60,290 nt of DNA from a virus (taxonomy: Duplodnaviria > Caudoviricetes): IMG/VR virus record IMGVR_UViG_3300049141_000058, positions 1 to 60,290 of that record; one strand, given 5' to 3'. The translations under genes were made by a program, and so were the position numbers. The notes below the pieces were generated by a model. It worked only from the letters and a program-made list of their open reading frames with translations, was not told where the DNA came from and did no database searches. Shown piece by piece: positions 16,345 through 25,708 of this stretch; the first letter of the stretch is position 1, and each line of letters starts with the position of its first letter.

Positions 16345-16928
16345 GCGGGGGTCCTCCTGTAGTCGGTTCCGGTGAACTTCGCGGCGGTCGAGCCGCCGTC
16401 GGCGAAGCGGGACATGGTGCGCGGGCCGAGCGGCTCGAGCGTCGGCAGGTTGGTGGAGATCAACGTGGGCAGCTGGTTCTGCCAGCGGGTGTCGATCAGT
16501 TGGGCGACCGCGTCGACGGTCCACGGGTACAGCTGGGTGGCGCCCAGGTCGTCGAGAGCCAGCAGCGGCGCCTCGGCCCAGGTGCGGAGCTTTTCCCGGT
16601 CGACGGGCCGGTCAGCGGCGGCTTTGAACTCGAAGTCGGAAACGAGGTAGTAGCGGCCGAACCAGCCGCGGCGGATGAGCAGTTCGCCGATCTTCCACAG
16701 GTGCCAGGTCTTGCCGGTGCCGGGCTCCCCGAGAAGCAGCAGCGAGGCGTGGGAGCCGGCGAGGTAGCGGTCGATCCATTCGCGGACGTCGGGTCGGACG
16801 ATGCCGTCGGCGGCGAATGCTTTGGGCCGGCGGGCGAGGTAGCGGTCGAGGGCCTGGGAGCGGATCTCGGCGCGAGCTGCGGCCTGTTCGGCGTCGTGGC
16901 GGGCTCGCCGCTCATCAGGTGTCGTCAT
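16341..16928 (-). CDS. DnaC/IstB-like AAA+ helicase loader
   Basis: GEPGTGKT Walker A, LLALDDLG Walker B, PTLISTN. Confidence 0.9.
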   Translation of the reverse strand: MTTPDERRARHDAEQAAARAEIRSQALDRYLARRPKAFAADGIVRPDVREWIDRYLAGSHASLLLLGEPGTGKTWHLWKIGELLIRRGWFGRYYLVSDFEFKAAADRPVDREKLRTWAEAPLLALDDLGATQLYPWTVDAVAQLIDTRWQNQLPTLISTNLPTLEPLGPRTMSRFADGGSTAAKFTGTDYRRTPA

Positions 16929-17824
16929 CAGAAAGGCCTCGCGTTCTCGTAGTCCTCTTTGGTGGGTACGGGTGCTGCGGCGCCAGTGGCGGGGTGGGGG
17001 CGGTTCGGGCCGGTCCAGCCGTCGGGAACAGCGCGGAGTTGGGGTCGGCTGGCGCCCGGAGCGGGTTTCGGCGGGAGTTCGCGCCAGCCCTTGAGGAAGT
17101 AGTTCGCCGACTCCACGTCGGTGCGGGCGGCGGCTTTGAGGGCGTGGTCGACCATGGCGGGGACGCCGCTCTTGGAGATCATCGCCAGGATGGGGAACCA
17201 CCCATTGCCCTCGAAGGGCCAGCGGACGTAGACGCCGGCTGCGGTGATGCCGTCGACGAGCGGGCGCGCGGCTTCCGGGATGCCGTACTCGTCGGGCTGC
17301 TGCGACCTCTCCTGCTTGCTAGCTAGAGGGGTAGTAGTTGAGGGGTTAAGAGGGGTAGGGGTCCCGGATTCCGGGACACTGACGTCCCGGATTTCCTGAC
17401 ACTGAGACGGCTCAGTGTCCCGGTTTTCGGGACTCTGATGGTTCGGTTCAGTGTCAGGAGTTCTGGGACTCTGAGGCCTGTCAGTGTCGGGGGTTCCGGG
17501 ACGCTGAGGGGGGGCGTCAGTGTCCCGGTTTCCCTGACACTGAACTCCAGGAAACTTGGCGATCTTGTACTTGGCGGCTCCGTTCTTCTGGCCGGCCGCC
17601 AGCTTTTCGAGTGCGCCCTTGACGGTCAGCGACTTGAGGACGGCGTACAGCTGCGACCGGCTGAGCTTGGCCCCGCGGAGCACCTCGGGTCGCTCGACGC
17701 TGTGCCACGTAACGCGGGTCTCGTCGTTGGCGTCCTCGGCCAGGACGACAAGGAGGAGCTTCTCCCGGTGCGTCAGGGTCTCAGGGGCGCCCTGGAGCAC
17801 CTCGACCATCAGGCGGATTCCCAC
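16928..17824 (-). CDS. replication initiator (lambda O-like, N-terminal wHTH) with internal iterons
   Basis: EKLLLVVLAEDAND N-terminus; lies upstream of the DnaC/DnaB genes; repeated xRDT/PDT peptides. Confidence 0.8.
   Translation of the reverse strand: MGIRLMVEVLQGAPETLTHREKLLLVVLAEDANDETRVTWHSVERPEVLRGAKLSRSQLYAVLKSLTVKGALEKLAAGQKNGAAKYKIAKFPGVQCQGNRDTDAPPQRPGTPDTDRPQSPRTPDTEPNHQSPENRDTEPSQCQEIRDVSVPESGTPTPLNPSTTTPLASKQERSQQPDEYGIPEAARPLVDGITAAGVYVRWPFEGNGWFPILAMISKSGVPAMVDHALKAAARTDVESANYFLKGWRELPPKPAPGASRPQLRAVPDGWTGPNRPHPATGAAAPVPTKEDYENARPF
17361..17538. repeat. replication origin iterons (6 palindromic 17-mers)
   Basis: GTCCCGGNTTCCGGGAC-like units at 17361, 17384, 17417, 17453, 17486 and 17522, mostly flanked by TCAGT/NCTGA. 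Confidence 0.85.
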
Positions 17825-17931
17825 GAATGTCTTCTCTCGGTCGCAATTAATCGAAGGGTTGGGCTTGTTGGCAGCGCCGCTCCTTCACTGCCATACTACT
17901 TTAAAGATTGGAAAGAATGGAAGGGATCACC

Positions 17932-18297
17932 ATGGCTTACACTCTGGACATGGCGTCTGATCTGGAGCCCCGCATCGCCGAGGACGGAATCCAGGACGTG
18001 CCGCTCACCAGGGCGCGCGCGCTCCTGACCCGACTCATCGAGCAAGTCCGTGAAGACGGGCTGGTCAGCGCGCTTACGGTCCGCGGAAGGCGTCGGGCCT
18101 ACCTCGTCACCCCAGCCCAGTACGAGACCGCTCAGTCGGACCGACGCATGGTCGAGGCGTTCCACTTCGTCGCTGGTCAGCGGCCCCAACCCGAGACCAC
18201 GCAGCAGTTCCTCGAGCAGATGGCCCGCAAGCTCATGGAGATCGAGGACCGAGATGCGGCTGCGGCCAGGCGCTTCGCTGACTACGAACCCGACTGA
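17932..18297 (+). CDS. Phd/YefM-like antitoxin-domain protein (orphan)
   Basis: VPLTRARALLTRLIEQVREDG..ALTVRGRRRAYLV matches the Phd N-terminal pattern. Confidence 0.75.
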   Translation: MAYTLDMASDLEPRIAEDGIQDVPLTRARALLTRLIEQVREDGLVSALTVRGRRRAYLVTPAQYETAQSDRRMVEAFHFVAGQRPQPETTQQFLEQMARKLMEIEDRDAAAARRFADYEPD

Positions 18298-18319
18298 CAT
18301 CTCCCCTCCTCTCCTCCGG

Positions 18320-18345
18320 GGCCCCGCCGTGTGGCGGGGCCTTTG
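18320..18345 (+). terminator. terminator hairpin
   Basis: GGCCCCGCC-GTGT-GGCGGGGCC followed by TTT. Confidence 0.65.
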
Positions 18346-18353
18346 TCGTGTGA

Positions 18354-18542
18354 TCAGGCCGGGTGCTGGCTGGTGCCGTGCTGCTGCATGGCTGCCTGCA
18401 CGTCGTCGTGCGGCGGGAACAGGCAGTCGTAGACCTTGACCAGCCCCGTTTCCTGCGGCGTCTCTCGGCAGGTCGTGCAGATGAGCGCAACGGATTGCGG
18501 GCTGGCAGCGACGAATCGGTAGCGGTCGAGGTCGCCGTTCAC
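18354..18542 (-). CDS. small hypothetical protein
   Basis: VNGDLDRYRF..CTTC, GTGA coupling. Confidence 0.5.
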   Translation of the reverse strand: MNGDLDRYRFVAASPQSVALICTTCRETPQETGLVKVYDCLFPPHDDVQAAMQQHGTSQHPA

Positions 18543-18787
18543 GCGGCCTCCTCGATTTGCTGGCGCCGGCGGCGTTGGCGGCTGGTTTTGCCGGCCCACA
18601 TGCCGTCGACGGGGATGCCTTGCCGGGCTAGCTGGTCGGCGTGGGCTTCGCAGGCGGCGAGGACGGGGCATTGCTGGCAGATGCGGCGTGCTTCGGCGTA
18701 GCCGCCGCCTTTGGGGACGTCGGTCCACAGGTGGGGGCCGATCTGTGCACAGAGGGCCTGGTCGAGCCAGGACCGGCCGGCGCTCAC
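18539..18787 (-). CDS. whiB: WhiB-family transcription factor
   Basis: WLDQALC...ARRICQQCPVLAAC...GMWAG. Confidence 0.9.
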   Translation of the reverse strand: MSAGRSWLDQALCAQIGPHLWTDVPKGGGYAEARRICQQCPVLAACEAHADQLARQGIPVDGMWAGKTSRQRRRRQQIEEAA

Positions 18788-19608
18788 GCGGCGACCTCGA
18801 TGGCGTACTCGGGGTGGTCGCGGAAGGCGTGTTCGACGTAGGACTTGGAGACGCCGAGGCGCTTGGCGGCTGTCTCCCGGTCGGCGCCGGTGGTGCGGAT
18901 GATCCAGTTGGCTTCCTGGGCGACGATCTCCCGGCGGGTGACGCCGTACTCGGGGATGAAGTGAAGGTCGTCGAGGTCTTCGGCGTGCTGGTCCCAGTAG
19001 CGGGGGTCGGGCCAGCGGTTCGCCGTGGCGCGTTCGCGGGTTCGGTGGGCGTGGCCGGCGTAGACGCCGTTGTTTTCGGGCTTGAGGTGGCGCAGCTCGT
19101 CGTAGGTGGCAGCGATCTTCTCGGCGTGGCTTTGCAGGATGACGGCGTTGGGGCGGAGTTCGATGGCCCAGCGCGTGGACACTCCGGCGTGGGCGGCGAC
19201 TTTGCGTTTGGGCCAGCCGATGGCGGCGAGGGCTTGGATGCGGCGGATTGTGCCGATGGTGGTGAGGGGCCGGACTGCGAGGATCTTCGCGGCGGTTTCG
19301 GGGGTGGTGTTTCGCTGGCGTCCGCGGCGGTTGGCGGGCCGGGGGCGAAGGAAGTTGGAGACGGTGGTGTGGGCGACGCCGGCCAGCTGGGCGATTCGGG
19401 TGACGCTGAGGCCGGCTTCTTGCAGGTCGAGGATGTGTTGGCGGATGGGTTCGGCGTCGATGAGGAGGCGGGCGGGTGGGGTGAGACCTGCCCGGATGGC
19501 GCGGCGTCGGGCGTTGAAGCGGTCCCGGCATTCAGGGCGCTTGCATCCGAAGTCTTTGATGCAGACGGTGTTGCGGTGGTGGGGGGCTTCACGGACGGCG
19601 GTGGTCAC
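18784..19608 (-). CDS. multi-HTH DNA-binding protein
   Basis: GCKRPEC N-terminus, GLSVTRIAQLAGVAHTTV, GTIRRIQALAAIGW, C-terminal AAKRLGVSKSYV. Confidence 0.8.
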   Translation of the reverse strand: MTTAVREAPHHRNTVCIKDFGCKRPECRDRFNARRRAIRAGLTPPARLLIDAEPIRQHILDLQEAGLSVTRIAQLAGVAHTTVSNFLRPRPANRRGRQRNTTPETAAKILAVRPLTTIGTIRRIQALAAIGWPKRKVAAHAGVSTRWAIELRPNAVILQSHAEKIAATYDELRHLKPENNGVYAGHAHRTRERATANRWPDPRYWDQHAEDLDDLHFIPEYGVTRREIVAQEANWIIRTTGADRETAAKRLGVSKSYVEHAFRDHPEYAIEVAA

Positions 19609-19663
19609 GGCTTCTCCTTCCGCTGGTCGCGGCGGCCGGGTCGGATGGTGTGGGCGGCGGTGG

Positions 19664-20011
19664 TCACGCGGCGGCCCTTCGTGCTGCGGCGGTGCCTTTC
19701 CAGGTGCGGACTCCGCTGTGGTGGGCGGTGGGCCGGTTGGTCATGGCCCAGCCGGCGGTGCGGACGTAGCCCTCGTCGCGCAGCAGCGTCATGAGCCGGC
19801 CCCAGTGGGCTTGCGGGTTGGGCGGGTCGGGCAGCTGGTGGGCGTCGGCGATCTCGAAGCAGGTGAAGGTGCGCCCGGATGCGGCGGCGGCTATGAAGAC
19901 GGGCCACACTTCGGCGAGCCAGGTCTCGTAGTCCTCGGCCTGCCGCTGCGTCTTCGTCTTCCGCGGTTCGGGGACGCTGCCGTCGAGCGCGGGCTGCACC
20001 GTGGCGGTCAT
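19664..20011 (-). CDS. hypothetical phage protein
   Basis: MTATVQPALDG start; LPDPPNPQAHWG. Confidence 0.7.
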   Translation of the reverse strand: MTATVQPALDGSVPEPRKTKTQRQAEDYETWLAEVWPVFIAAAASGRTFTCFEIADAHQLPDPPNPQAHWGRLMTLLRDEGYVRTAGWAMTNRPTAHHSGVRTWKGTAAARRAAA

Positions 20012-20409
20012 GAGGCGGTCTCCTTGTTCGCGAGGTCGAGGAGGACGTCGGCGTGGCAGGACAGGGATTCGGCGCACCAGCACATGAGGTCCCGGCCGCG
20101 GAGTTCGACGCAGGCTCGTTCGATGAGGCGGGGAAGGTCGTAGACCCAGCACTCGAAGAGTTCGACGGCGAGGCGGTGGGCGTCGCGCTGGTCGTTGGCG
20201 AGGACGAGGTCGTTGAGGCCGAGGGGGCGGTGCTGGTCGCGGTGGCCTGCCCACTGGACTGCCCAGCCGCTGCCGGTGGTGAGGTGGACGACGGCCCAGG
20301 GGTTCCCGAAGCGGGTGCCGCGGCCGACGTAGACGGGTTTGCGGCCTTGCGGGTCGAGTGGTGCGGTCCATCCGCGGGTGCGGCGGCGCTGGATACGGGC
20401 CGGGCTCAC
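20008..20409 (-). CDS. DUF4326 domain protein
   Basis: VYVGRGTRFGNPW...LRGRDLMCWC...CHADVL. Confidence 0.88.
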   Translation of the reverse strand: MSPARIQRRRTRGWTAPLDPQGRKPVYVGRGTRFGNPWAVVHLTTGSGWAVQWAGHRDQHRPLGLNDLVLANDQRDAHRLAVELFECWVYDLPRLIERACVELRGRDLMCWCAESLSCHADVLLDLANKETAS

Positions 20410-20801
20410 CAGGCCACCCCCGTGTCCTGCCGGAGGGCGGCGTTGACGGTCTCCTCGCTGGGCGTCCAGAAGCCGAGCGCTCCCTTGGCGGGCACCGGCT
20501 CGGGCAGGGCGATCACGTCGGCGAGGGTCCAGTGGTAGGCGTTCTCGAATCCCCACGGTCCGCAGCAGGTGCCGTCGTCGGACCAGTGGCAGCCGGTGAT
20601 CGTGGCGACGGCGACCACGGCGCCGTACACGCCGAGGTGCGGGCCGTACACCTGGGCGTCGCGGTCGAGCTGGGCACCGGCGTGGATGAGGATGCGGGCT
20701 CCCTCGTGCTTCGCGGGGAGGCGCCAGCTCCTGTTTTCCACGCGCTTCGACTGGTGAGCGATCGCGCCCGCCCACGGCTGCCTGATCGTCAGGGCCTTCA
20801 C
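20406..20801 (-). CDS. ASCH domain protein
   Basis: KALTIRQPWA...KRVENRSW...LIHAG...KGALGFW. Confidence 0.9.
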   Translation of the reverse strand: MKALTIRQPWAGAIAHQSKRVENRSWRLPAKHEGARILIHAGAQLDRDAQVYGPHLGVYGAVVAVATITGCHWSDDGTCCGPWGFENAYHWTLADVIALPEPVPAKGALGFWTPSEETVNAALRQDTGVAW

Positions 20802-21082
20802 CGGCCGGCCTCCTCGATGGCGCCGTAATGGCCGAGTTCGGCGTCGGTCATGAGGCCGTGGGGGATGCGGCCGGTGCGGAGGATGTCGCGCAGGTCGGCG
20901 GCGGCTCGGCGGTAGGTGGCGGCACGCTCGTGCTGCTGCAGCTCGGTCGGGGTGGGCTCGTTGATGAGCAGGTCGTTGCCGAAGTCCGGGCCGGCCTCGG
21001 CCATCTGCTCCCACCGGTCGGCGAGCGTGGTAAGCGCGACACGCAAGTCGGCTTCCTTCGGGTGCATCGTTCGAACAGTCAT
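20798..21082 (-). CDS. hypothetical phage protein
   Basis: ATG after AAGGAG. Confidence 0.7.
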   Translation of the reverse strand: MTVRTMHPKEADLRVALTTLADRWEQMAEAGPDFGNDLLINEPTPTELQQHERAATYRRAAADLRDILRTGRIPHGLMTDAELGHYGAIEEAGR

Positions 21083-21147
21083 GCCGTGATCTCCTTGGGT
21101 GAAGGGCCGGCCCGCACTGCCCGCGGGCCGGCTCCGGCGTGTGCGGG

Positions 21148-21975
21148 CTAGTCGACGAGTTCGCCCTCGATGGGGCTGTCGTCCTCGTCGGGGTGCGGGT
21201 TGGGGTGGGTCTGCGGGCCGGCGTTGATGACGGTGGGCCCGGCCTGTTCGGCGGCGACTTCCTGGGCGGCGCGGATCTGCTCCTTGCGCCACTCGGTGGA
21301 GGTGGGAACCCACGGCTCCAGGCGGTGGGCGACGGTCTTGAGGACCATCTGGTCGAACCACTTCACCCACGGCGAGCTGGCCCGGTCGCTGCCCTTGGAC
21401 TCCGCGCGGACCTTGTCGATGTAGTTGCGGTTGATGACGACGACACGGGAGGGGGTGCCGTCCTGGAAAATGCCGTAGGAGAAGGCGCCCTTGACTTCGC
21501 CGCGGTCGGAAAACCAGTCAGCGCGGTGGAACGGCACTCGCTGCGGGCCTTCCCATCGGGGACCGTCCGGGTGGCGGTCGATGCTGCCGGGCTCCCACAC
21601 GAACTCGTCGTTCTGGTACACGACTTCGGCGTGGACGACTTTGACGGCGCCAGACCGGTAGATGCGTTCGACGACTCCGCGGTAGCCCTCGATGCCCTGG
21701 ACCTCGTTGCCGAACGGGACGAGGTAGAAGGACTTGGAGGCGGGTTCGTGGCCGAGGCGGGCGCATTCCTGCAGGGCGGTCATGAGGCTGCCGGGGTTAC
21801 GGGTGGCGACCTGCAGGAGCTGGGCGTTGGAGCGGAGGGCGCCGTAGGCGAGGCGCATCCAGGTCTCGCCCTTGACGTGGGAGGGCAGGACGAGGGTGAG
21901 GTCTTCCTTGTGCTGCCGGACGATGGCCTCGGGGCCGTTGTCGCGGGTGGCGAGGGCGTTGCCGATCTGACTCAT
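21148..21975 (-). CDS. recT: RecT single-strand annealing recombinase
   Basis: YLVPFG..GYRG..VVYQNDEF..SPW...MVLKTV. Confidence 0.92.
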   Translation of the reverse strand: MSQIGNALATRDNGPEAIVRQHKEDLTLVLPSHVKGETWMRLAYGALRSNAQLLQVATRNPGSLMTALQECARLGHEPASKSFYLVPFGNEVQGIEGYRGVVERIYRSGAVKVVHAEVVYQNDEFVWEPGSIDRHPDGPRWEGPQRVPFHRADWFSDRGEVKGAFSYGIFQDGTPSRVVVINRNYIDKVRAESKGSDRASSPWVKWFDQMVLKTVAHRLEPWVPTSTEWRKEQIRAAQEVAAEQAGPTVINAGPQTHPNPHPDEDDSPIEGELVD

Positions 21976-22907
21976 GCTGCTTCCTTGCTGGTCTTGTAGG
22001 GGTTGAGTGACTTGGTGGTGCCGTCAGGCTTGGCGATGCGGTAGGCAATGCGGCGGCCGTCAACGACTGCGCGCCGGCCGGTGCCGATCAGGTCGAGGAC
22101 GACGCCCTTGGCGGCGGTGAGCTCGGCGGCGGCGGCCTTGGATGCGGCCTGCGCGTTCTCGTAGCGGGCGGCAGCCTCGGCGGCGATCTCGACGTCGACG
22201 TCTTCGAAGCTGTCGGGTTGGACGCGGATCGTCTTGTAGGTGTCGTCGGCGCCGTCGATCGGCGGACGCACGCCGTTGCGGACCTCGGTGAGGAACTGCT
22301 CTGCGGCGTCGCGGAGGATCTTCGCTTCGGTCTCGTCGTAGTCGACGGTGTATTCGCGGTAGTCGTGGCCGGAGATGAGGACGCCGAAGCGGGTGCGGCG
22401 CAGCCCGAGTGTGTCCATCTGCCAGATGACCTGGCAGCGGTACCAGATCGGCACCCCGTCCTCGGCGCCGGACGGGCCCCACTCGTCACCCATCGGGGAG
22501 GTTTTGACCTCCAGCAGTTCCTCGGCCTGCTCCGGCACGTCGAACGGGTCGGCAGGCCGTGCGTAGATGAGCCGGTCGGGGGTGGCGCGCTGCCACTCGC
22601 GTTCGCGGTGCTTCCATGTGCCGGCGGGGGCTGCGATGTAGCCGGGGTGCTCGTCCTGCCACTTCAGGGCGACGGCGTCCTCGAGCCGGTTTCCCCACTC
22701 GATGGCGGGGGTCATCTCGAAGGGGGCGGCGCGCAGTCCGGCCTTCTTGTGCCAGAGGGTGAAACGGCTCATCCACGGGGAGAGGCCGACGACTGCGGCG
22801 ATCTCGGTGGCGGTGATGCAGAGCCCGGCGCGGGCCTCCTCCCAGGCGTCGGTGCCGGGGGTGAGGTGCCCGATCAGAACCCCGTCGGGGACTGTTAGCG
22901 CGGTCAC
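21972..22907 (-). CDS. YqaJ-family (RecE/lambda Exo-like) exonuclease
   Basis: ITATEIAAVVGLSPW, WGNRLE, ATPD, LEVKT, YRCQVIWQM. Confidence 0.92.
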   Translation of the reverse strand: MTALTVPDGVLIGHLTPGTDAWEEARAGLCITATEIAAVVGLSPWMSRFTLWHKKAGLRAAPFEMTPAIEWGNRLEDAVALKWQDEHPGYIAAPAGTWKHREREWQRATPDRLIYARPADPFDVPEQAEELLEVKTSPMGDEWGPSGAEDGVPIWYRCQVIWQMDTLGLRRTRFGVLISGHDYREYTVDYDETEAKILRDAAEQFLTEVRNGVRPPIDGADDTYKTIRVQPDSFEDVDVEIAAEAAARYENAQAASKAAAAELTAAKGVVLDLIGTGRRAVVDGRRIAYRIAKPDGTTKSLNPYKTSKEAA

Positions 22908-23518
22908 TGCTGACCGCCCGTCACCGCGTCGTAGACGTCCCTAGCCCAGATCGCGTCGCCGAGGGCAGTGTGGGCCACGCCTTCTCCGGGCGGCTCGACA
23001 CCGACCGCGCGGGACAGGCCGCGGGAGGAGAACGGCAGGGAGGGCAGGTCGCCGGGGAAGGCGAAGTCTCCGCCGTAGGCGCCGCTGTCCCGCTGTCCGA
23101 ACCGGTAGCCGGCTGCGAGGGTGGCGATGTCGACGGTGCGGTAGTGCCAGGGCTTGGGGTGCCAGTAGTAGCGGGTGAAGATGTTGGAGATCATGTCGGC
23201 GTCGAAGGCCGGGTTCGACCCGACGAGGACCGCGCCGTCGAGGAGCCGGTACAGGTCACGGGCGACGTCCTGCGGCTTGCCCCAGCTCCAGTCCTCCATC
23301 TTGACGCGCTCGTGGTAGCGGTTGATCTCCAGCGCCTTCGGGTCAGCGTGGGTGAGGTCGGGCTCCAGGTAGAACACGGCCTCCTGGTCGGCCTCCCCCG
23401 GCTTGCGGAGGATGACGGCGATCTCCCACGCGTCGTGCTGGAACGGGTCCAGGCCGGTCGTCTCTGTGTCGACGAACGCCACTGGCGGCGGATGATTTGT
23501 GCTGGTTTCGGTGGTCAT
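22904..23518 (-). CDS. DnaQ-like DEDDh 3'-5' exonuclease
   Basis: FVDTETTGL, GSNPAFD, HTALGDA. Confidence 0.92.
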   Translation of the reverse strand: MTTETSTNHPPPVAFVDTETTGLDPFQHDAWEIAVILRKPGEADQEAVFYLEPDLTHADPKALEINRYHERVKMEDWSWGKPQDVARDLYRLLDGAVLVGSNPAFDADMISNIFTRYYWHPKPWHYRTVDIATLAAGYRFGQRDSGAYGGDFAFPGDLPSLPFSSRGLSRAVGVEPPGEGVAHTALGDAIWARDVYDAVTGGQQ

Positions 23519-23624
23519 GTGACTCCGTTCTGGGTGTGGCTGGTGGGGGCGGCCCGCACGACGGGTGAGGGCGGGCGGGCCGCCCTCGACTGCCGCGTCA
23601 GCCGCGGCTCGTGCGCGTTGGTCG

Positions 23625-24752
23625 CTACGTGAGCCGGACGGGCATGCACACGGCCTGGTAGGTGTCGGTAGCGGCCCCCGCGTCGTCAACGGGTCGGATC
23701 AACACCGGCTTGTTCGAGGTGGTGAACCAGACCTGCACCTGGCCGCTGATCGGGGCCAGCAGTGAGCCGAGGAAGCCGGGCCGGTAACCGGCCGTGAAAC
23801 CATCCAGGTCGGTGATCTCGGCGTCGACGCGGGAAGCCCCCTTGGATCCGTCCGCGCCGCCCGCCACAGTCACCTGGTCGTGGCCGAAGGTGAGGGTGAT
23901 GGCCTGCTCCTCCTTGTCGTTGACCAGCGCGGCCCGCTTCACCGCCTCCAAAAGCTCGCCCGCGCCGACCCGCATCCACCCCGAGGCAGCGGCGGGGTCG
24001 GGGAAGAACTGGCTGACGTCGGGGAACGGGGAGGCGATGGTGCGGCTGGTCACCGTCAGGGCGTCGTTGCTGAGGGCGGCGACAGTGAGGTCGCCGGTGA
24101 AGGAGATCCGCACCGGGCCGCCGGCCAGCTGCTTGGCGGTGGCCGCAAGGTTGGCTGCGGGGACCAGCAGGTCGCTGGAGGCGTCACCATCGGGGGTCCA
24201 CGGGATGCGGTGCCGAACGATCCGGTACCGGTCCGAGGCGGACACGGTCAGGTGGTCGCCGTCGGCTGCGACGTGGACGCCGCGGAATCCCTCCAGCTTG
24301 CCTGCGGCCTCCTTGTCGGGCATGGATGCCTGAGCGGCGTGCACCACGCTGGCGGCCAGCAGGTCGCCGTCCACTGTTCCCGCCGCGGCGGGCGGCTCCG
24401 GGAGGGCCGGGTAGTCGCGGCGGTCCATCGTGGGCAGCGTGAATGTGGTGCCCGGCGCGGACAGGGTGAGTTCTCGTTCGTCGGCGACGATGTCGATGGG
24501 GCCGGGGGGCATGGCGGCGGTCACGTCGGCGAGCAGCCGACCCGAGACGAGGACGTGCCCGGTCTCCAGTACGTCGGCGGTGAGGATGGCTCGGGTGCTC
24601 GTCTCGTAGTCGAAGCCGGACAGGGTGATCGCGTCGCCGCTGGTTTCGAGCAGGAGCCCGGCGAGTACGGGCTGCAGGGGATTGTTGGGCAGTCGGCGGT
24701 GGGCGCGCTTGGCGGCTTCCGCCAGCGTCTTCTGGTCGATGCGCAGCTTCAT
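23625..24752 (-). CDS. dnaN: DNA polymerase III beta sliding clamp
   Basis: PVLAGLLL, SGFDYE, LVSGRLLAD, ASDRYR, C-terminal CMPVR. Confidence 0.93.
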   Translation of the reverse strand: MKLRIDQKTLAEAAKRAHRRLPNNPLQPVLAGLLLETSGDAITLSGFDYETSTRAILTADVLETGHVLVSGRLLADVTAAMPPGPIDIVADERELTLSAPGTTFTLPTMDRRDYPALPEPPAAAGTVDGDLLAASVVHAAQASMPDKEAAGKLEGFRGVHVAADGDHLTVSASDRYRIVRHRIPWTPDGDASSDLLVPAANLAATAKQLAGGPVRISFTGDLTVAALSNDALTVTSRTIASPFPDVSQFFPDPAAASGWMRVGAGELLEAVKRAALVNDKEEQAITLTFGHDQVTVAGGADGSKGASRVDAEITDLDGFTAGYRPGFLGSLLAPISGQVQVWFTTSNKPVLIRPVDDAGAATDTYQAVCMPVRLT

Positions 24753-24883
24753 CAGGCGGCCTCCGCCTGCGGCTCGCGCTCGGTCTCGTCGGCCGTGTCG
24801 TCGGTGACGCCCCAGCGTGATTCGGGCTGCGCGTAGCCTTCGGTCTGCAGGTCGTCCAGAGGAAACAGGTAGGGCTGGTCCAT
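24752..24883 (-). CDS. small acidic hypothetical protein
   Basis: MDQPYLFPLDD after GGAG, coupled to dnaN. Confidence 0.5.
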   Translation of the reverse strand: MDQPYLFPLDDLQTEGYAQPESRWGVTDDTADETEREPQAEAA

Positions 24884-24992
24884 CTCGTCTCCGTGAGAGG
24901 CTGGTGTCGGGTCCCCGGGCGATTGAGGCGCTCGGGGGTTCGTGGTTTGGTCGCCGCCGTGCCGGCCCGTGGGCATCCGGCGCGGCGGCGGG

Positions 24993-25124
24993 CTAGTGGG
25001 TGGCCTGCGGGGAGTGGTGCAGGCTGCGGACGCGGCCGGTGGTGAACCGGGCTGTCAGGTCGCGGGCCGCGGCAACCGGTGCTTCCTCGGCCGCCGTCTC
25101 GGTCGTGTCGACGGTGGTGGTCAT
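24993..25124 (-). CDS. small hypothetical protein
   Basis: MTTTVDTTET, ATGA coupling. Confidence 0.45.
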   Translation of the reverse strand: MTTTVDTTETAAEEAPVAAARDLTARFTTGRVRSLHHSPQATH

Positions 25125-25225
25125 CGCATCTCCCGGCGGGCGCGGATGTGGTTGGCGATCGGCTCGCCGAACAGGAGCAGGAACGCGGCACCGGCGATGA
25201 GGAGCGCGTCGAGGAGGAAGGTCAC
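25121..25225 (-). CDS. small membrane peptide
   Basis: VTFLLDALLIAGAAFLLLFG hydrophobic helix, coupled on both sides. Confidence 0.5.
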   Translation of the reverse strand: MTFLLDALLIAGAAFLLLFGEPIANHIRARREMR

Positions 25226-25458
25226 GCCGCCTCCAGGACTCGCCGGTACACCGCGGCGGGGATCGGCGCCGGGACGGGGATGAGCGGGCCGACCGTGTAG
25301 TACACCTCGGTCAGCGGGACCTGGCCCGGCGTGCCCGGCGTCATCATCAGCGGCTCGCCCGACTCGGTGAGCTCGCCGGTCCACACCCACTCGACGCCGG
25401 TCACGTCGACGTGCGTCCGGGTCAGGTCGATGGCCGTGCCTTCGAGGAGGTACTCCAT
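25222..25458 (-). CDS. conserved Streptomyces phage protein (phiSA1p31-like)
   Basis: IDLTRTHVDVTGVEWVWTG...VYYTVGPLIP. Confidence 0.7.
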   Translation of the reverse strand: MEYLLEGTAIDLTRTHVDVTGVEWVWTGELTESGEPLMMTPGTPGQVPLTEVYYTVGPLIPVPAPIPAAVYRRVLEAA

Positions 25459-25459
25459 G

Positions 25460-25708
25460 TCACGCCACCTCCGGGAGGGCCGCGAGCTGCTCCTGGCGCT
25501 GGGTGAAGGCGGCGAGTTGGGCGACGGCTTCCTGCAGTTCGGCGAGCGTCTTGGTCGGCGAGTTCGACACGGTGATGGCGATGGACCGGCCGGGCTCGCC
25601 GATGACGAGGCGGGCGAGCTGCTTGCCGTCGATGCTGCGGCTGTACTCGGTGCGGATCGGGCCGTTGTTCAGGTCGACGGTGATTCCGCCGTAGATGTTC
25701 GCGCTCAC
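25460..25708 (-). CDS. hypothetical phage protein
   Basis: GTG after AAGGAGG. Confidence 0.7.
   Translation of the reverse strand: MSANIYGGITVDLNNGPIRTEYSRSIDGKQLARLVIGEPGRSIAITVSNSPTKTLAELQEAVAQLAAFTQRQEQLAALPEVA

Noticed and set aside
14980-16524. Long N-terminal extensions given by the ORF track (DnaB 514 aa, DnaC 286 aa, methyltransferase 427 aa and others)
   Set aside because: The extensions overlap upstream genes and are Arg/Pro-rich noise; coupled GTGA/ATGA starts with RBS give the shorter calls.
17361-17538. Palindromic repeats as a second CRISPR array
   Set aside because: They lie in frame inside the initiator gene with 6-19 bp gaps, which fits iterons.
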